Assembly (NCBI RefSeq): GCF_006345805.1
Contig: NC_043006.1
Coordinates: 70,494,001 to 70,558,000 of the forward strand
Direction: 5' to 3'
DNA length: 64,000 nucleotides
Origin: Octopus sinensis
Lineage: Eukaryota
Each line of letters starts with the position of its first letter. Position 1 is the first letter of the stretch. Made by a program: the position numbers and the translations under genes. Below the pieces are notes generated by a model. The model had not been told where the DNA came from. It saw only the letters and a list, made by a program, of their open reading frames with translations, and ran no database searches. Positions 61,001-64,000 of this stretch are shown here, one piece after another.

Positions 61001-62265
61001 CCTGTTCCTTCCTCAGAAAGGGGCCCCTGTTCCCTTCATCAACACCACCACCTCCACCCCATACACCACAACACCATTTCCCTTTCCAGGTTTCCCATCA
61101 GTACAGCCCCCACCCCTACTCCGCTACTACCCCATCCCCCACACTTCACTCCTATTCCATCCTTTCAACCCAGCCCCATCACCACACCTTATCCTGATTC
61201 TCTCACCCACCCCCACCCCACCGCCACAACACACACACACACACCGCCCTGCCTTCCCCTTCCATCACCACTGCCACCACCGCCACTTCCACCATCATCA
61301 GCCACCAGCAGACATTCCATTGGTGTCTGTCATAGCTGTACAGGTTCCAGCTACACCTTCCTCATCTTATTCCTCCCCCTCCCCCCACTACATCCAAAGC
61401 AATTCTTCAATTACAGTCTTGCTTCTTTCTCTTTTCCTCTCCCTCTCTCATCATGCTTCATTTCCTTCTATATATGTTATGCACTGTATACACACACACA
61501 CACCACACAGACACATATATATTCATTTATGAATGTGTTACAAGATTCATGATGTATTATATATATATATATATATATATACTAATCATATTCTATATTT
61601 ACATTATACACACTTCAAATATGTTCCACACACACACACAAACACACACACACTGCACATATTTGTTGCTAGTAAATGGATCCTCAATTAGTTATTGTTG
61701 CAGTTTAATCCCAAGTCAGCTTTGACCAAGTAGGCCTATGAGGAAAGCATTCCAACCATGACCATCCTGCCTTTTTTTCTGTACCTATGACTACATTGTT
61801 TTTTCCTTTTTTTTTTTTCCTGAGACATAGTGTGTGTGATTTGAGGGAAATTTTAGCTGCTATTTCTACCAGGTTGAGTGACTGCATAGGCTCCCTCTTT
61901 TCACATGTTGGTTTCACTGATGAATATTTTAGCTGTTTAGCTTTTCTGTCACCGTATTTTCATTGAGATAAACTACTTTTATTTTAATTAATTTTTAAAA
62001 TATTGAAGAATTTAATGAAATTTCATAGAATTTATTAAGCTCAAGTTTAGAATTAAATTAGCATTAAATTTTGATGCAAGGTTTAATTTAAATCACTTAA
62101 AAACAGGAAGTCTATAATCCAAGAACCAGGGTGGTCTCAAGCAGTTTCGTATCAAAAGGGTCAATGAACAGAACTACATACTCCTTGAATACATACATAA
62201 CTACATACTCCTGAATGATAATGTAAACGGTTGAATATTCCAGACCAAGAATCAATGTCCATCTA

Positions 62266-62639
62266 CAGGGTGATTCAAAAGTCACCATACATAGGAACAA
62301 TTTATCTTTTTATAAGAAATACTTTATAAGAACAGTTTCTTTTTTTATTTAACAGGCTCTATATGGTTACCATTGTTTTGAATACACATTGCAATACGTT
62401 TACCCAACTCATTGTGAACTCGTAATAGCACATCTGGTGATACTCATGCAAATGAGTTGGTGATGCGTTCCTTCAAATGATTTATGTCTTTTATGTTTCC
62501 TCAATACACCATGCCTTTCAAATGACCCCAAAGATAGAAATCAAGAGGGGCCAGATCAGGGGATCTTGGGGATCTTATAAACTGTTTCTTATAAAAAAAA
62601 TTAATTTTTCCTATGTATGGAGACTTTTAAATCACCCTG
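62266..62639 (-). mobile_element. Internally deleted Tc1/mariner element retaining the transposase C-terminus
   Basis: TA^CAGGGTGATTCAAAAGTC..CATACATAGG ... CCTATGTATGGAGACTTTTAAATCACCCTG^TA; ~62572-62345 reads PRSPDLAPLDF(fs)WGHLKGMVY..HLKERITNSF..RIAMCIQNNGNHIEPVK*. Confidence 0.9.
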
Positions 62640-62689
62640 TATTATATAGTGTGAACATGCTGACATACTATATAGTGTGAACATACAGT

Positions 62690-63005
62690 ATAACTGGTAT
62701 GCCGTTGGTTATGACGATGAGGGTTCCAGTTGATCCAGTCAATGGACAGCGTGCTTATGAAATTAACATGCATGTGGTTGAGCACTTCACGGACATGTGT
62801 ACCCTTAAAGTAGTTCTCGGGGTGATTCAGTGTGTGACAAAGCTAGTCCTTTGAAATACAGGTACTACTCATTTTTGCCAACTGGGTGGACTAAAGCAAC
62901 ATGAAATAAAGTGTCTTGCTCAAGGACACAATGTGTCACTGGGAATTGAACTCATGACCTTGTGATTGTGAGCCAAACACCCTAACCACTAAGCCACGTG
63001 CCTTC
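62690..63005 (-). mobile_element. SINE family C
   Basis: Reverse-complement match to 58255. Confidence 0.75.
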
Positions 63006-63162
63006 ACTTGAAAATGTATAAACATTCAAACATCATAACTATCTTTCTAAATCCTTCTGCATTTCACATGAAATTTTTGGTCCTCCAAAGCTGTCTTTCT
63101 ATGTAAATCTACCTCTCTTTCTGGCCATAAATCATGGTCTGAAAAATTCAACTTTATATACC

Positions 63163-63468
63163 TGTTGTAAAGTGGGTTCCTCCCACTGGTGTGATGTGTA
63201 ATTGCCATTGTACTGTAGTTGCTGTTTCACGCTAGTAGCCACAATAGTTTCTAGTCATTGAATACTGTTGTATCTCTTTGTACCGGAATAGTAATACACT
63301 AACTTCTGTCTTACTATCACTGAGAGTTCCACTAAACACCGACTAGAACAGTCGATTCTCAACTCTTCGACTCTCGACACTCTCTTGACTGTCGGCTAAT
63401 GGTCTATTTATAATGGCTGAGCCCTACCACTTTTTACCGGGTGGGGGATACTGTTTCACTATACAACA
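63163..63468 (-). mobile_element. Solo LTR
   Basis: TGTTGTA...TACAACA termini, 5 bp flanks ATACC / ATACT, minus-strand TATAAATA at 63405-63412. Confidence 0.7.
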
Positions 63469-63599
63469 ATACTATACAATATGGCACTTGTAATATAATT
63501 CTCAGGTAGAAACTGTGATGTATTTTGCAAGTAGGTGAGTATTCTGCTGTATACATGTACACTTAATGTACAGAATCACTGTCACTTTGTGTGTAAATG

Positions 63600-63905
63600 A
63601 CTGTGTAGTAAGAAGTTTGCACCACACTCACATGGTTCTAGGTTCAGTTGCACTGTGTGGCACCTTGAGTGTCTACTCTTCTAGCCCCAGGCTTGGGTGT
63701 GGATTTGGTAGATGGAAAATGAAAGCAGCCTATCATGTAGGCACAGGCTTGGCTGTGTGCTAAGAGGCTTGCTTACCAACCACATGGTTCCAGGTTCAGT
63801 CCCACTCTGTGGCACCTTGGGCAAGTGTCTTCTTCTACTATAGCCTCGGGCCGACCAAAGCTTTGTGAGTGGATTTGGTAGACAGAAACTGAAAGAAGCC
63901 CATAG

Positions 63906-63946
<41 letters not shown>

Positions 63947-64000
63947 CAACTGATTTTGGTGTGTTTATGTCCCCTTAACTTAGTGGTTCGGCAAAATAAT
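63600..64000 (+). mobile_element. Two family A heads in tandem; the second runs off the window
   Basis: 63600-63735 and 63745-64000. Confidence 0.75.

Noticed and set aside
60178-61552. 392, 247 and 236 aa His/Thr/Pro-rich ORFs
   Set aside because: Translations of (ACC/ACT)n and pyrimidine-rich low-complexity DNA; several overlapping frames are open at once.
61905-61945. Plus-strand CTGATGA near a family G copy
   Set aside because: No downstream GAAA or stem II; the region only loosely resembles the 6200 unit on the opposite strand.

Overview
Repeat-saturated, AT-rich animal DNA that reads as intronic or intergenic. I found no host protein-coding exon, rRNA, genuine tRNA gene or CRISPR array. 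Nearly all ORFs in the supplied track are microsatellite read-throughs. The repeat content points to an octopus/cephalopod genome (inference from recalled repeat families, not verified). Contents: (i) dozens of tRNA-headed SINEs, labelled here families A-E and G; (ii) decayed RTE-clade LINEs of two lineages, plus many short elements (F, H) sharing the RTE 3' end; (iii) DNA-transposon relics (hAT, Tc1/mariner, piggyBac, a MULE-like insertion, an unclassified MITE), a tandem Helitron pair and a solo LTR; (iv) large micro- and minisatellites, including a 2.6 kb (TA/TG) field. The most interesting signal, invisible to the ORF track, is a set of at least five sequence families carrying minimal type I hammerhead ribozyme (HHR) motifs. 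They sit mostly in or beside (TA)n tracts and several form long fold-back palindromes, next to a decayed Penelope-like (PLE) GIY-YIG endonuclease. One family fuses a tRNA-Ile-like Pol III head to the hammerhead and occurs as a head-to-head palindrome with a zero-loop axis, a candidate PLE-mobilised, ribozyme-bearing SINE. Repeat boundaries are read by eye and approximate (about +/-10-20 bp) unless TIR/TSD or ribozyme positions are quoted. Family letters are working labels only.
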